This document shows positions 9,698-18,488 of a DNA stretch of 64,000 bases, piece by piece. The DNA lies in contig OZ242355.1 in assembly GCA_965208805.1 (NCBI GenBank), positions 3,194,906-3,258,905 of the forward strand, in the 5' to 3' direction. The notes under the pieces were generated by a model that had not been told where the DNA came from, did no database searches, and was given only the letters and a program-made list of their open reading frames with translations. The stretch is from Acidimicrobiales bacterium. Its GTDB lineage: Bacteria > Actinomycetota > Acidimicrobiia > Acidimicrobiales > Bin134. Positions within the stretch are counted from its first letter, which is position 1; each line of letters starts with the position of its first letter. The position numbers and the translations under genes are program-made.

Positions 9698-10693
9698 TCA
9701 GAAGCGTAGTTCAGGTGACAAATAAGTGTCCCTGACCCGATCCCCAAACTCGGGCCGAGTGAGTGCGTCGGGCCCGTCGGGCACCGCAACGCCCCGCTGA
9801 GCACAGTCCTCGGCCAGCGTGGCAATCAGGGTCGCCTCGTCGAGGTCGTCCAGGTGTTCGTCGTACACCTCGGCCTCGTGGGCGTCGTCAAACACGAAGG
9901 CCTTCCACGACAGCGACACCCGCACCTCGCCGAAGGCATGGACCACCGTCTCATGGCTGGGCTCTTCGATTAGCCACTGTCGATCGGGGGTGAGCGTGAT
10001 GGTGGCGTCGAATCCGTACTTGGCGTAGTCGGTCTCGGTGCCGATGGACTCAACCCGATGGGGCATGTAGTCGTTGTCGCCCATTACGCCGTAGTTGTAG
10101 GGGGGATCCACCGTCACCAGATCACCGTCCCAACCTTCGGGCCAGTAGGTGAACTCCCCGCCGACGCCCTCGTAGTACCAGCACACCGCGGTGGCGATCC
10201 GCACCCGCCAGCGGTCGAAGCACCCCGAGTGCATCATGCAATTGAGCAGCCAGGTGGGGTACTCATCCCGGCCGACCCCCCGAAAGGACGGGATATCGGT
10301 GTGGCGGGCGTACTGGCCGCTGGGAGCGTTGATATTCACGTAAGTGAAATAAGGCCGCACCACCTCAGCGCTGTACAACTGCCGGGCGGCTTTGATGAAC
10401 CGGGGGTTGTTGACGATGGTGTCGGCCCCCTCCACAGCCTGCTCCTCGGCTCCCCACGTCGTTCGAAACACCGGCGGGATCCGGGGCTCGCCGTCGACCA
10501 CATCGACGAACGGGGGGACGTCGCCGGTGCGGGCCCCGGCTCGCAGGGCAGCTCGACTCTCCACGAACTCGGCGCCGGCCAGAGTCAGCGGATGGGGTGA
10601 CTGTCGCTGCAAGATGCCCAGCAGCACATCAGGGCTCTCCAGTGACTGCTCCATGATGACCGGCGGCCGGGGCAGCGTCGTTGTGCGCATCAC
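9698..10693 (-). CDS. hypothetical protein, possible cupin/2-His-1-carboxylate oxygenase fold
   Basis: 331-aa ORF with coding-like composition. Contains HTD (HxD) and a later His (MPHRV), a possible facial triad. No firm family recognition. Divergent from the UGSC gene. Confidence 0.45.
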   Translation of the reverse strand: MMRTTTLPRPPVIMEQSLESPDVLLGILQRQSPHPLTLAGAEFVESRAALRAGARTGDVPPFVDVVDGEPRIPPVFRTTWGAEEQAVEGADTIVNNPRFIKAARQLYSAEVVRPYFTYVNINAPSGQYARHTDIPSFRGVGRDEYPTWLLNCMMHSGCFDRWRVRIATAVCWYYEGVGGEFTYWPEGWDGDLVTVDPPYNYGVMGDNDYMPHRVESIGTETDYAKYGFDATITLTPDRQWLIEEPSHETVVHAFGEVRVSLSWKAFVFDDAHEAEVYDEHLDDLDEATLIATLAEDCAQRGVAVPDGPDALTRPEFGDRVRDTYLSPELRF

Positions 10694-10768
10694 GACACAT
10701 TACGACACGGGATAGGGTGGATCGGAAGGGCTCGCCAGAGTTGTCCCGAGATTTCCGGGAGGAATTCA

Positions 10769-11308
10769 ATGGAAACCACCACCATCTTGTTGCCCACCGG
10801 CGAGGTGAACGAGCCATCTCAACCGCTGGCCATCCGCAAGGACTCGCTGGCCGGAGCGGTGGTGGGCATCATTGACAACGACATGTGGCGATCCATGGCC
10901 ATCATGGCCGACGAGCTGTCCCACCGGCTCGTGGACCAGGCCGGGGCGGCTGGAGTGGTGGTTCGAGCCAGCGGCCCGATGCACGGTGCCGATCCCGAGC
11001 AGTATCAGCAGGAGATGGAGGCCTTCCACGCCGAAGTCGACGCGGTGATCAGCGGCTTGGGCAATTGAGGCTCGTGTACGGCGTGGTGTATCCACGCCAG
11101 CAGCACGCTGGAGGCCATGGGAACTCCGGCAGTGGGCTTGGTAACCGAGCAGTTCCGGGGCCTGGCCGAGGCCACCGCCCGGGGCCTGCGGGTGGACAAC
11201 CAGCCGTTGATCGTGTTGCCGTCGGGCTACGACGAGTGGTCTGAGGATGACATCAGGGCCGACATCGCATCCCGTCTCGACGAAATTGTGGATGCGCTAG
11301 TGGCATGA
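10769..11308 (+). CDS. UGSC-motif (seleno)protein candidate; in-frame TGA 11066-11068 read as Sec
   Basis: Track ORFs 10769..11068 and 11117..11308 share a frame (348 nt apart), and the only intervening stop is TGA. Read-through gives GLGN-U-GSCTAWC (TGA GGC TCG TGT). GGAGGA lies 6 nt before ATG 10769, and a stem-loop starts 5-11 nt after the TGA. Confidence 0.7.
11073..11107 (+). promoter_or_regulatory. candidate bacterial SECIS stem-loop
   Basis: GGCGTGG(11080-86)-TGTAT-CCACGCC(11092-98) is a perfect 7-bp stem. It is extended by CGTG(11073-76)/CACG(11104-07) across an internal loop and starts immediately 3' of the TGA at 11066. Confidence 0.45.
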
Positions 11309-11348
11309 CCCGGCAGGTCGCCAGCGCAGACAGCCAGACAAAGGTGAG

Positions 11349-12395
11349 ATGACCCAGCAAGTTGACATCGACGGCGGAGTCGACGAGGTAGAGGCCTACC
11401 TGCGAGAGCGGGGCATGACCGACGGGCTGCCGGTTATTCCCCCAACCCCCGAGCGGGTGGCCGCTGCGGTGGCTGCCTCCGGGCTGTCGGCCGACCACGT
11501 GGTGAGCGACGTGCCCCCGTTGAACGCGCCGGCCACGGTGGAGAAGATCGCGGTCAACGCGGTGATGGCCGGCTGCTCGCCTGATGCGATGCCGGTGCTC
11601 ATCGCCGCCATTGACGCCTTCTGCGATCCGCAGATGAACGCCCACGGGGTGCAGACCACCACCAACCCGGTAGGTCCGATGCTGGTGGTGAACGGCCCGA
11701 TCCGCAATCGGCTGAGCTTCAACTACGGCGCGGGATGCTTCGGGCCAGGATCGCACACCAACGCCACCGTGGGGCGAGCGATGCGGCTGGCCCTGGTGAA
11801 CATCGGTGGGGCCATTCCTGGCGAGGTGGACAAGGCGCCCCTGGGCTGGCCCGGCAAGGCCACCTCGCTGTGCATGGCCGAGAACGAAGAAGCCTCCCCG
11901 TGGCCGCCCTACCACGTCGACATGGGGTTCGATGCCGACGACGATGTGGTCACCGTGCTGGCTGTGAACGGGATGTGGCCCATAACCGATATGCACCACG
12001 AGCCCGACCAAGTGCTGCACCACGTGACCAACGGCCTGGCGATCAGCGGGCCGTGCGGGGGTCACGATGCCCCCAACCCCTTCCCGACCGTGCTGGTGAT
12101 GAGCCCGGTTATCGCCGATATGGTGGCCAGCCTTCTGCCCACCAAGCAGGAACTGCAAGAGCATCTTTTCGCCGAAGCCCGAGTGCCGCTGGACTTCTAC
12201 CCTCCCTATAGGCGCCAGCCCACCAGAGACGTGCTGGAGCAGTTGGGGGTGGCCATTGAGAACGACCGGGTGCCGATCGTTCCCTCTCCCGACTACTTCG
12301 TGATCCTGGTAGCCGGGGGTGCAGGCGGGCTCCAATCGGCGGGGTTGTCGTGCATGTTGGGCATGCCCACCAGCCGGGCAGTGCCTGCTGGTTAG
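11349..12395 (+). CDS. conserved hypothetical protein (MTDGLPVIPPT motif)
   Basis: 348-aa ORF directly downstream of the UGSC gene, same strand, 40-nt gap, with coding-like codon usage. Family not recognised with confidence. Confidence 0.6.
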   Translation: MTQQVDIDGGVDEVEAYLRERGMTDGLPVIPPTPERVAAAVAASGLSADHVVSDVPPLNAPATVEKIAVNAVMAGCSPDAMPVLIAAIDAFCDPQMNAHGVQTTTNPVGPMLVVNGPIRNRLSFNYGAGCFGPGSHTNATVGRAMRLALVNIGGAIPGEVDKAPLGWPGKATSLCMAENEEASPWPPYHVDMGFDADDDVVTVLAVNGMWPITDMHHEPDQVLHHVTNGLAISGPCGGHDAPNPFPTVLVMSPVIADMVASLLPTKQELQEHLFAEARVPLDFYPPYRRQPTRDVLEQLGVAIENDRVPIVPSPDYFVILVAGGAGGLQSAGLSCMLGMPTSRAVPAG

Positions 12396-12425
12396 CGGCT
12401 AGTCGGCGGAGTTACCGCAATAGGT

Positions 12426-12698
12426 TCAGTGAACCTCGAGGCCGAGTTGCTCGAAGATCTCGACTCGGCGCTTCTCGTAGGTCTCCTCGTCCATTCCACC
12501 GGACTGGTACTTCTCGCTCAGCAGGCGGAAATCCTCATACAGCTCGGCTTCTGACTTTCCGTTGGTGGAAGGCGCCTCAACCTCCTCCTCAAACGGGACT
12601 TCAAGCTTGCCGTGGCGGCGGGCCTGCTTGGCCGCAGCCCGCTCGCGCTTGTTCTTCTCCCGCTGTCGCTTCTGAAAGCTCTCTGATCCTCGACCCAT
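12426..12698 (-). CDS. small basic/acidic hypothetical protein
   Basis: 90 aa: MGRGSESFQKRQREKNKRERAAAKQARRHGK, then an acidic C-terminus. A clean ORF between convergent and divergent neighbours. Confidence 0.5.
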   Translation of the reverse strand: MGRGSESFQKRQREKNKRERAAAKQARRHGKLEVPFEEEVEAPSTNGKSEAELYEDFRLLSEKYQSGGMDEETYEKRRVEIFEQLGLEVH

Positions 12699-12785
12699 GG
12701 CAATCCCTAGTCAGACGTTGTTTGCGCAGAAATGCCATTGTACGCCCTCCCCAGGGGTTTTTGACACATTTCTCACCGGCGGTGG

Positions 12786-13601
12786 TCAGGCGATGAATCG
12801 CTCCGCGAACCGCTGGAGCGAGTCAATCGCCCTGCTGGTGCTCTCCCACGGTGTAACCACCAGGCGGTGGGCGCCGGCGTCCTCCCACCGGCGCAAGTCA
12901 TCGAGCGATTCGCACCGCCCTTGGGCGGTGATCTCGGCGTCGGGCGCACCCAGCTCGGCCAGGCGGTCGGCGGCGGCCCGGACCGATTCGAAGGAGTCGC
13001 CCATACCCATCCACCCCTGGAATCGAGCCGCCCGCCGCAGGGCGGCATCCGACAGCCCGCCCACCAGAATCGGAGGATGGGGCTGCTGCACCGGCTTGGG
13101 CTCAAACGCCACCGGCTCGAAGTCGTAGAACTCGCCGTGGTGCTCCACCTCGGGCTCGGTCCAGAGCCGAACGCACACATCGAGGGCTTCGTCGAGGCGG
13201 CGGCCCCGGGTGCGGGGGTCCATCCCCGCGGCCGCCCACTCGTTGCGCAGCCACCCCGCCCCCACGCCGAACAGCGCCCGCCCGTTGCTGACGTGGTCCA
13301 GGGTGGCAAAGCCCCGGGCAGTGGTGAACGGGTGGCGCAGCCCGGCCAGGTACACGTACACCCCCAGTTTGATCCGGGTGGTTTGGCCAGCCAGGTACGA
13401 GAGGTACGCCGGGGCGTCGTAAACAGGCACGGTGGGCGGGACGTTGGGATGTTCGACGTCGCCCAGCGAGCCCTCCATCTCCACCGGGAACACCAGATGG
13501 TCGGCGATCCAGCACGACTCGAACCCAGCCTCATCGGCAGCCTGGGCCACCTCGACCCATGCCCCCGGGTGCAGCGAGATGAAGGGGAACCCGAACTTCA
13601 C
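12786..13601 (-). CDS. luciferase-like monooxygenase (LLM) family oxidoreductase, probably F420-dependent
   Basis: VKFGFPFISLHPGAWVEVAQAADEAGFESCWIADHLVFP is a typical LLM N-terminus. The GTG 13601 start is preferred over the track start 13640. Confidence 0.8.
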   Translation of the reverse strand: MKFGFPFISLHPGAWVEVAQAADEAGFESCWIADHLVFPVEMEGSLGDVEHPNVPPTVPVYDAPAYLSYLAGQTTRIKLGVYVYLAGLRHPFTTARGFATLDHVSNGRALFGVGAGWLRNEWAAAGMDPRTRGRRLDEALDVCVRLWTEPEVEHHGEFYDFEPVAFEPKPVQQPHPPILVGGLSDAALRRAARFQGWMGMGDSFESVRAAADRLAELGAPDAEITAQGRCESLDDLRRWEDAGAHRLVVTPWESTSRAIDSLQRFAERFIA

Positions 13602-13688
13602 CCTCAGCAACCTAGTAGTCGCCGTACGATGGCTAACCACGTCTGAGACAGGAGAGGGATCCTGGACCGCAAATTCGCCGCCGCCACC

Positions 13689-14405
13689 ATGAACAGCCTG
13701 GGCCTCGACGCCGACACCCGGCTGCTGGCGGTGTGCGCGGGAACCGACGACTGGGAGCTGCTGTCTTCTCTGGGATTCACCGACGTGGTGGTGTCCAACC
13801 TCGACGAGGCGTTCGCCCCGCTGGTTCCCGACAGCCGGTGGTCGTACCAGGACGCCCAGTCATTGACTTTTGAGGACCGTTCATTCGACTGGGTGTTCGT
13901 CTCCGAGGGGCTGCACCACTGCCGCTCTCCCCATCAGGCCTTGGGGGAGATGTACCGGGTGTGCCGGAAGGGGATCGTGGCCATCGAGGCCCGTGACAGC
14001 GCGCTGATGCGGCTGGCCGTGCGGATGGGCATGGCCGACGACTACGAGCTGGCTGCGGTCACCGACCAGGGGTTTCGCACCGGAGGGCTGGACAACACCA
14101 GCGTGCCCAACCACGTGTACCGCTGGACCGAGTCTGAGGTGGTGAAGACCCTGCGGTCCTACGACCCCACCGGTGAGCCTCGCGTCGAGTTCCGCTACGG
14201 CCTGCGCCTGCCCACAGCCGAGGCCACTGGCCGCCGTCGGCGCTTAGTTGGGAAGTTCGCCAAGCCGGCCCTCGCCGCGCTGTGCACCGTGTTCAAGCGC
14301 CAGCGCAACCAGTTGGCCGTCATCGCCCGCCGCCCCACCGAGCTCTACCCCTGGCTCCACCGGGTAGACGGCGAGATCCAGTTCAATCCCAACTACTCGG
14401 ACTAA
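13689..14405 (+). CDS. class I SAM-dependent methyltransferase
   Basis: 238 aa. FDWVFVSEGLHHCRSPHQALGEMYRVCRKGIVAIE matches Methyltransf_11-type post-I/II motifs. Confidence 0.7.
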   Translation: MNSLGLDADTRLLAVCAGTDDWELLSSLGFTDVVVSNLDEAFAPLVPDSRWSYQDAQSLTFEDRSFDWVFVSEGLHHCRSPHQALGEMYRVCRKGIVAIEARDSALMRLAVRMGMADDYELAAVTDQGFRTGGLDNTSVPNHVYRWTESEVVKTLRSYDPTGEPRVEFRYGLRLPTAEATGRRRRLVGKFAKPALAALCTVFKRQRNQLAVIARRPTELYPWLHRVDGEIQFNPNYSD

Positions 14406-15178
14406 CCGCTCTCCGGTAGCGGCGCAGGCGAGCCCGCTCCCAGGCCGCCGTCGGCGGCGTAGTCGCCTCCGGTGCAATAGGAGGCCTGGTCGGACGCCAG
14501 CCACACCACCAGGTCGGCCACCTCGCCCAGTTCGGCCATGCGCCGCAGCGGCACGGTGGCGCCGTAATGGCGCTCGTAGTCCTCGTCTTCCCATCCCGGC
14601 CGCCGGGTCATGGCGGTGCGCAGCGCACCGGGCACCACCGCGTTCACCCGGATGCCCAGGTCGGCCAATTCCAAGGCCGCGGTGCGAGTCAGCCCTCGGA
14701 TGCCCCACTTCGACGTGGAGTAGGCCGGCATCCCCACCGTGCCCTCGAAGGCGCTGGGCGAGCTCAGGTTCACGATGGACCCTCCCCCGCTCGACGCCAT
14801 AGTTGGCGCCGCGGCCTGGATGCCCAAAAAGGTGCCTACCAGATTGGTATCGATCACCTTGCGGAACTCGGCGGGATCGCAATCCAAGATCGGGACCACC
14901 CGGGTGATCGCTGCGTTGTTGACCAAGATGTTCAGCAGGCCGCCGTGAGCAGCCGCATCCACCGCAGCGGCCCATTGCTCGGCGTCGGTCACGTCAAGCT
15001 CCATGAACTGCGCCCCGGCCTCGGCAGCAGCCGCGGCCCCGTCGTCCACCCGCTTGTCCGCCGCCGTCACCTGGGCCCCGGCCGCCACCATGCGCCGCAC
15101 GATCTCCGCCCCCAGCCCCCGAGCCGCGCCGGTTACCAACGCCACCTTGCCCTCTAACTCCTTTGACATCTTCGCCAT
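14402..15178 (-). CDS. SDR family oxidoreductase
   Basis: KVALVTGAARGLG (TGxxxGxG), NNAA, and the YSTSK catalytic motif. Confidence 0.85.
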   Translation of the reverse strand: MAKMSKELEGKVALVTGAARGLGAEIVRRMVAAGAQVTAADKRVDDGAAAAAEAGAQFMELDVTDAEQWAAAVDAAAHGGLLNILVNNAAITRVVPILDCDPAEFRKVIDTNLVGTFLGIQAAAPTMASSGGGSIVNLSSPSAFEGTVGMPAYSTSKWGIRGLTRTAALELADLGIRVNAVVPGALRTAMTRRPGWEDEDYERHYGATVPLRRMAELGEVADLVVWLASDQASYCTGGDYAADGGLGAGSPAPLPESG

Positions 15179-15217
15179 AGGGGGAACAGGCTACGCCGTT
15201 ATGAGAAGTCGGCCGGT

Positions 15218-16474
15218 GTGAGCACTCCCGCACCCGCTGCTACCGGCCGCCGATTGGGCGAACGGGAGTTCATCCTTTTCATCGCCATGATCAGCGCCGT
15301 GTCGGCGCTGGCCATCGACACCCTGCTCCCGGCGTTCTCGGAGATGCGGGATGCGTTCAACCTGCCGGAGGACTCAACCGGCCTGTCGCTCACCATCACG
15401 CTGTTCTTCGTGGGCTCGGGCATCGGCAACCTGGTCTACGGCCCGATGGCCGATGCTCTCGGTCGAAAGCGCATCCTTGTCGGAAGCATGGTGCTGTACG
15501 GCCTGGCGTCGTTGATGGCCACCCTCTCGGTGACGCTGGGCATGCTCTATGTCAGCCGCTTCATTTGGGGTTTCGCCGCGGCCGGCCCTCGCACCGCGGC
15601 TCAGGCCATCGTGCGGGACTACTACTCCGGCGATGCCATGGCCCGGGTGATGACCCTGGTTATGGCGGTGTTCTTCTGGGCCCCGGTGGCTGGACCGCCG
15701 TTGGGGCAGGGTCTGGTGGCGCTGGGTTCGTGGCGCTACGTGATGGTCTTCAGCGTGTTCACCGCCGTGGTGATCATTGCGTGGTCGCTGCGGTTGGAGG
15801 AGACGCTGAAGCCCGAGCACCGGCGGCCGCTGACCTTTCGATCGACGTTGGCCGGGTTCCGGTCGGTCACCACTCATCCGGTGACGCTGGGCTACACCCT
15901 GGCCACCATGTTCTCCGCCGGCGCCTTCTTCTCATTCCTGGCCAGCTCCGAGCTGATCTTCGACGACGTCTTCAATCAGGAGCACTGGTTCGTCCCTTAC
16001 TTCTCGATCATGGCGGCGGGCATGGGCATGGTGACGCTTCTCAACAACCGGGCGCTGCACCGATTCCGGGCCCGCTCGGTAGCGCTCGGGGCGGGCTGTC
16101 TACAGATCTGCGCGGCGGGAACCATGCTGGGCCTGGCCTTAGCCGCCGGAGGCAGGCCGCCATTTGTTCTGTGGATCACCATCTTCAGCCTGGCCAACGC
16201 CTGCATGGTGGCATTCTTCCCGTTGGGCCAGAGCCTGGCGCTCGAGCCCATGGGCGAGATGGCCGGCACTGCCTCCGCCGTGCTCGGCTTCACCATGGCT
16301 ATGCTCGGCGCCGGCCTAGCCGCCATCATCGACCAGGCCATCAGCGGCTCAGTCACCCCCGTCGGCGTCGGCTACCTCGCCTACGGCACTGCCGGCCTAG
16401 CCTGCCAACTCTTCGCCTTCCACTGCCAGCGAAAACACGCGATGGCACCCCTAACAGGAATCGAAGCTGGTTGA
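15218..16474 (+). CDS. MFS transporter (Bcr/CflA-like drug resistance family)
   Basis: 418 aa, about 12 TM. GPMADALGRKRIL is MFS motif A. Confidence 0.85.
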   Translation: MSTPAPAATGRRLGEREFILFIAMISAVSALAIDTLLPAFSEMRDAFNLPEDSTGLSLTITLFFVGSGIGNLVYGPMADALGRKRILVGSMVLYGLASLMATLSVTLGMLYVSRFIWGFAAAGPRTAAQAIVRDYYSGDAMARVMTLVMAVFFWAPVAGPPLGQGLVALGSWRYVMVFSVFTAVVIIAWSLRLEETLKPEHRRPLTFRSTLAGFRSVTTHPVTLGYTLATMFSAGAFFSFLASSELIFDDVFNQEHWFVPYFSIMAAGMGMVTLLNNRALHRFRARSVALGAGCLQICAAGTMLGLALAAGGRPPFVLWITIFSLANACMVAFFPLGQSLALEPMGEMAGTASAVLGFTMAMLGAGLAAIIDQAISGSVTPVGVGYLAYGTAGLACQLFAFHCQRKHAMAPLTGIEAG

Positions 16475-16500
16475 TTCGCTAGGGCTTCATTCACAAGATC

Positions 16501-16526
16501 ACGGGCCCACCAGACCCGGGGCCCGT
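16501..16526. terminator. possible bidirectional hairpin between convergent genes
   Basis: ACGGGCCC(16501-08) and GGGCCCGT(16519-26) form an 8-bp GC stem with a 10-nt loop, between the MFS stop (16474) and the SDR stop (16526). No U-tract. Confidence 0.3.
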
Positions 16527-17308
16527 CAGGCCGGTGGCACTCCGGTCAGATTGCAATCGGACAGTAGGCCGCCGTCGATCACGATGGCCTGGCCGGTGAT
16601 GGCCGAGGACTCATCTGAGGCCAGAAACAGCACCAAGTCGGCAATCTCCTCGGGCTTGATGATCCGGCCCAATGCGTGCATGGCCGAGATCTCCTCGTGG
16701 GTCTTGAGGCCGATGTCGAGCACCGCGCCGTACATGGGCGTCTCCACCACGCCGGGGCAGATGGCGTTGACCCGGATATTCTTGCGCCCCCATTCAACCG
16801 CCGCGGTGCGGGTCAGGTTGATGAGCCCCGCCTTGGCCGTGCAGTAGGGGGCGTTGCCCGGCGAGGCCACCACTCCGTAAATCGACGAGGTGCTGATGAT
16901 GGAGCCACCACCTTGGGCGGCCATGTGAGGGATGGCGGCTTTCATTCCGTACATGGCGGCGGTGAGCATCACCCGCAGGCTGGCATCCCAACCCTCGGGG
17001 TCGAGCTCGGGTATGTAGCCCCCGGTGCTGGTAGCGGCGTTGTTGAACAGCACATCGATGCGGCCGAACTCCGACACTGCCCGCTCCACCGCGGCGGTCA
17101 CCTCGTCGAGCGAGCCCACATCGCAGTTCTGGTACACCGCCCGGGCACCGCCCTCGGTCAACTCGGCCACCAACTTCTCGCCCGCCTCGTCCACTAGGTC
17201 GACCCCCACTACCGCGGCCCCCTCTCCCGCCAACCGGCGCAGCGTGGCCATGCCAATCCCGCCACTCGCTCCGGTCACCAGTGCGACTTTTCCGTCCATT
17301 CGGCCCAT
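16526..17308 (-). CDS. SDR family oxidoreductase
   Basis: MGRMDGKVALVTGASGGIG start at 17308 (the track start 17383 is over-extended); NNAA and YCTAK motifs. Confidence 0.85.
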   Translation of the reverse strand: MGRMDGKVALVTGASGGIGMATLRRLAGEGAAVVGVDLVDEAGEKLVAELTEGGARAVYQNCDVGSLDEVTAAVERAVSEFGRIDVLFNNAATSTGGYIPELDPEGWDASLRVMLTAAMYGMKAAIPHMAAQGGGSIISTSSIYGVVASPGNAPYCTAKAGLINLTRTAAVEWGRKNIRVNAICPGVVETPMYGAVLDIGLKTHEEISAMHALGRIIKPEEIADLVLFLASDESSAITGQAIVIDGGLLSDCNLTGVPPA

Positions 17309-17449
17309 CGGTTGCTCCGTTTCCTGTGTCGTCTTCGGGTTGGCGTCAGTCTCGCGCCAACTGCGCCCCGGTGGCCTAAGCACCGGGCGGCTGGACGAAA
17401 AAGTCGCTCTTGCCAGGTAGGGTCAGAACAGCCAACTCTCGAGGTATCG

Positions 17450-18358
17450 ATGGCACGCCGAGACCAGGCTCATGCTGACAATGTGGATGGCCCGTGGTTT
17501 GTCGACACGCGCTGCATCGGTTGCGATGTCGCTCGCCACTGGGCGCCCAGCCTGGTCGACATGGACAGCAACGGGCGGTCCTTTATTGCCCGCCAGCCCC
17601 AGACCTCGGAGGAAACGGCCGCGCTGTGGCGGGCGACCGCGGCCTGCCCGACCCAGTCGATTGGCAACCGCGAGGCAGCCCGCCCTCCGGTGGATGTGTT
17701 TCCCTTCGAGTTGACTTCCGGGGTGTACGCCCTCGGCCACAACTCCCCCAAGTCCTTTGGCGGTCACTCCTACCTTGTTGTCCGGCCAGCAGGAAACCTG
17801 ATGGTCGACTCACCCCGCTACACCCGCGGCCTCACCGAGGCGATTGACGGGCTCGGGGGCATTGAGCACGTGCTCCTGTCGCACCGCGATGAAGTAGCCG
17901 ATGCCGACAAATGGGGCAGCCGGTATGACGCCCGAGTCTGGATCCATCAAGACGACGCCGACGCCGCCCCCTATGCCACTGATGTCACCACCGGAGACCA
18001 GTTTGTTGACGAGGGCGTGCTGTCAGTCCATATTCCCGGCCACACCAAGGGTCATGTCGCCTATTACGTGGACAACCGTTGGCTCTTCACTGGCGACGCG
18101 CTGTTTTGGAATCATCGCCGCCAAGAGCTTGACGTGACCGCCAAACAGACTTGGTATTCCTGGAAAGCCCTGGCCGACAGCATGGACTCCATTGCCGGAC
18201 TCAACGTCGAATGGGTCTTCCCCGCCCACGGGAAATGGCACCATGTCGGCGAAGGCCTTTATGCCCGCCAAATGGCCAGACTCGGCCCGGCCATGCACGA
18301 ACTCGGACAGCACGAATGGAGTCGACGAACTCATACCCCCTTCGTCTGGGACGCGTAG
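17450..18358 (+). CDS. ferredoxin-like domain fused to MBL-fold metallo-hydrolase
   Basis: ATG 17450: MARRDQAHADNVDGPWFVDTRCIGCDVARHWAP...ACPTQSIG (single-cluster ferredoxin pattern). MBL fold follows (VLLSHRDEVADADKW, HIPGHTKGH, FTGD, PAHG). Confidence 0.7.
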   Translation: MARRDQAHADNVDGPWFVDTRCIGCDVARHWAPSLVDMDSNGRSFIARQPQTSEETAALWRATAACPTQSIGNREAARPPVDVFPFELTSGVYALGHNSPKSFGGHSYLVVRPAGNLMVDSPRYTRGLTEAIDGLGGIEHVLLSHRDEVADADKWGSRYDARVWIHQDDADAAPYATDVTTGDQFVDEGVLSVHIPGHTKGHVAYYVDNRWLFTGDALFWNHRRQELDVTAKQTWYSWKALADSMDSIAGLNVEWVFPAHGKWHHVGEGLYARQMARLGPAMHELGQHEWSRRTHTPFVWDA

Positions 18359-18365
18359 AACGCAG

Positions 18366-18438
18366 CACCCCGTACGGGATTCGAACCCGTGTTACCAGAT
18401 TGAGAATCTGGCGTCCTAGGCCTCTAGACGAACGGGGC
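18366..18438 (-). tRNA. tRNA-Glu (anticodon CUC)
   Basis: Minus strand GCCCCGTTCGTCTAGAGGCCTAGGACGCCAGATTCTCAATCTGGTAACACGGGTTCGAATCCCGTACGGGGTG. Cloverleaf with anticodon stem CCAGA/TCTGG, loop TTCTCAA, T-arm GGGTTCGAATCCC. No encoded CCA. Confidence 0.85.
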
Positions 18439-18488
18439 AGGAACGCCGCAGTGTACCGGCTCGGATTGGTTTTGGGCGATCCGAATAG

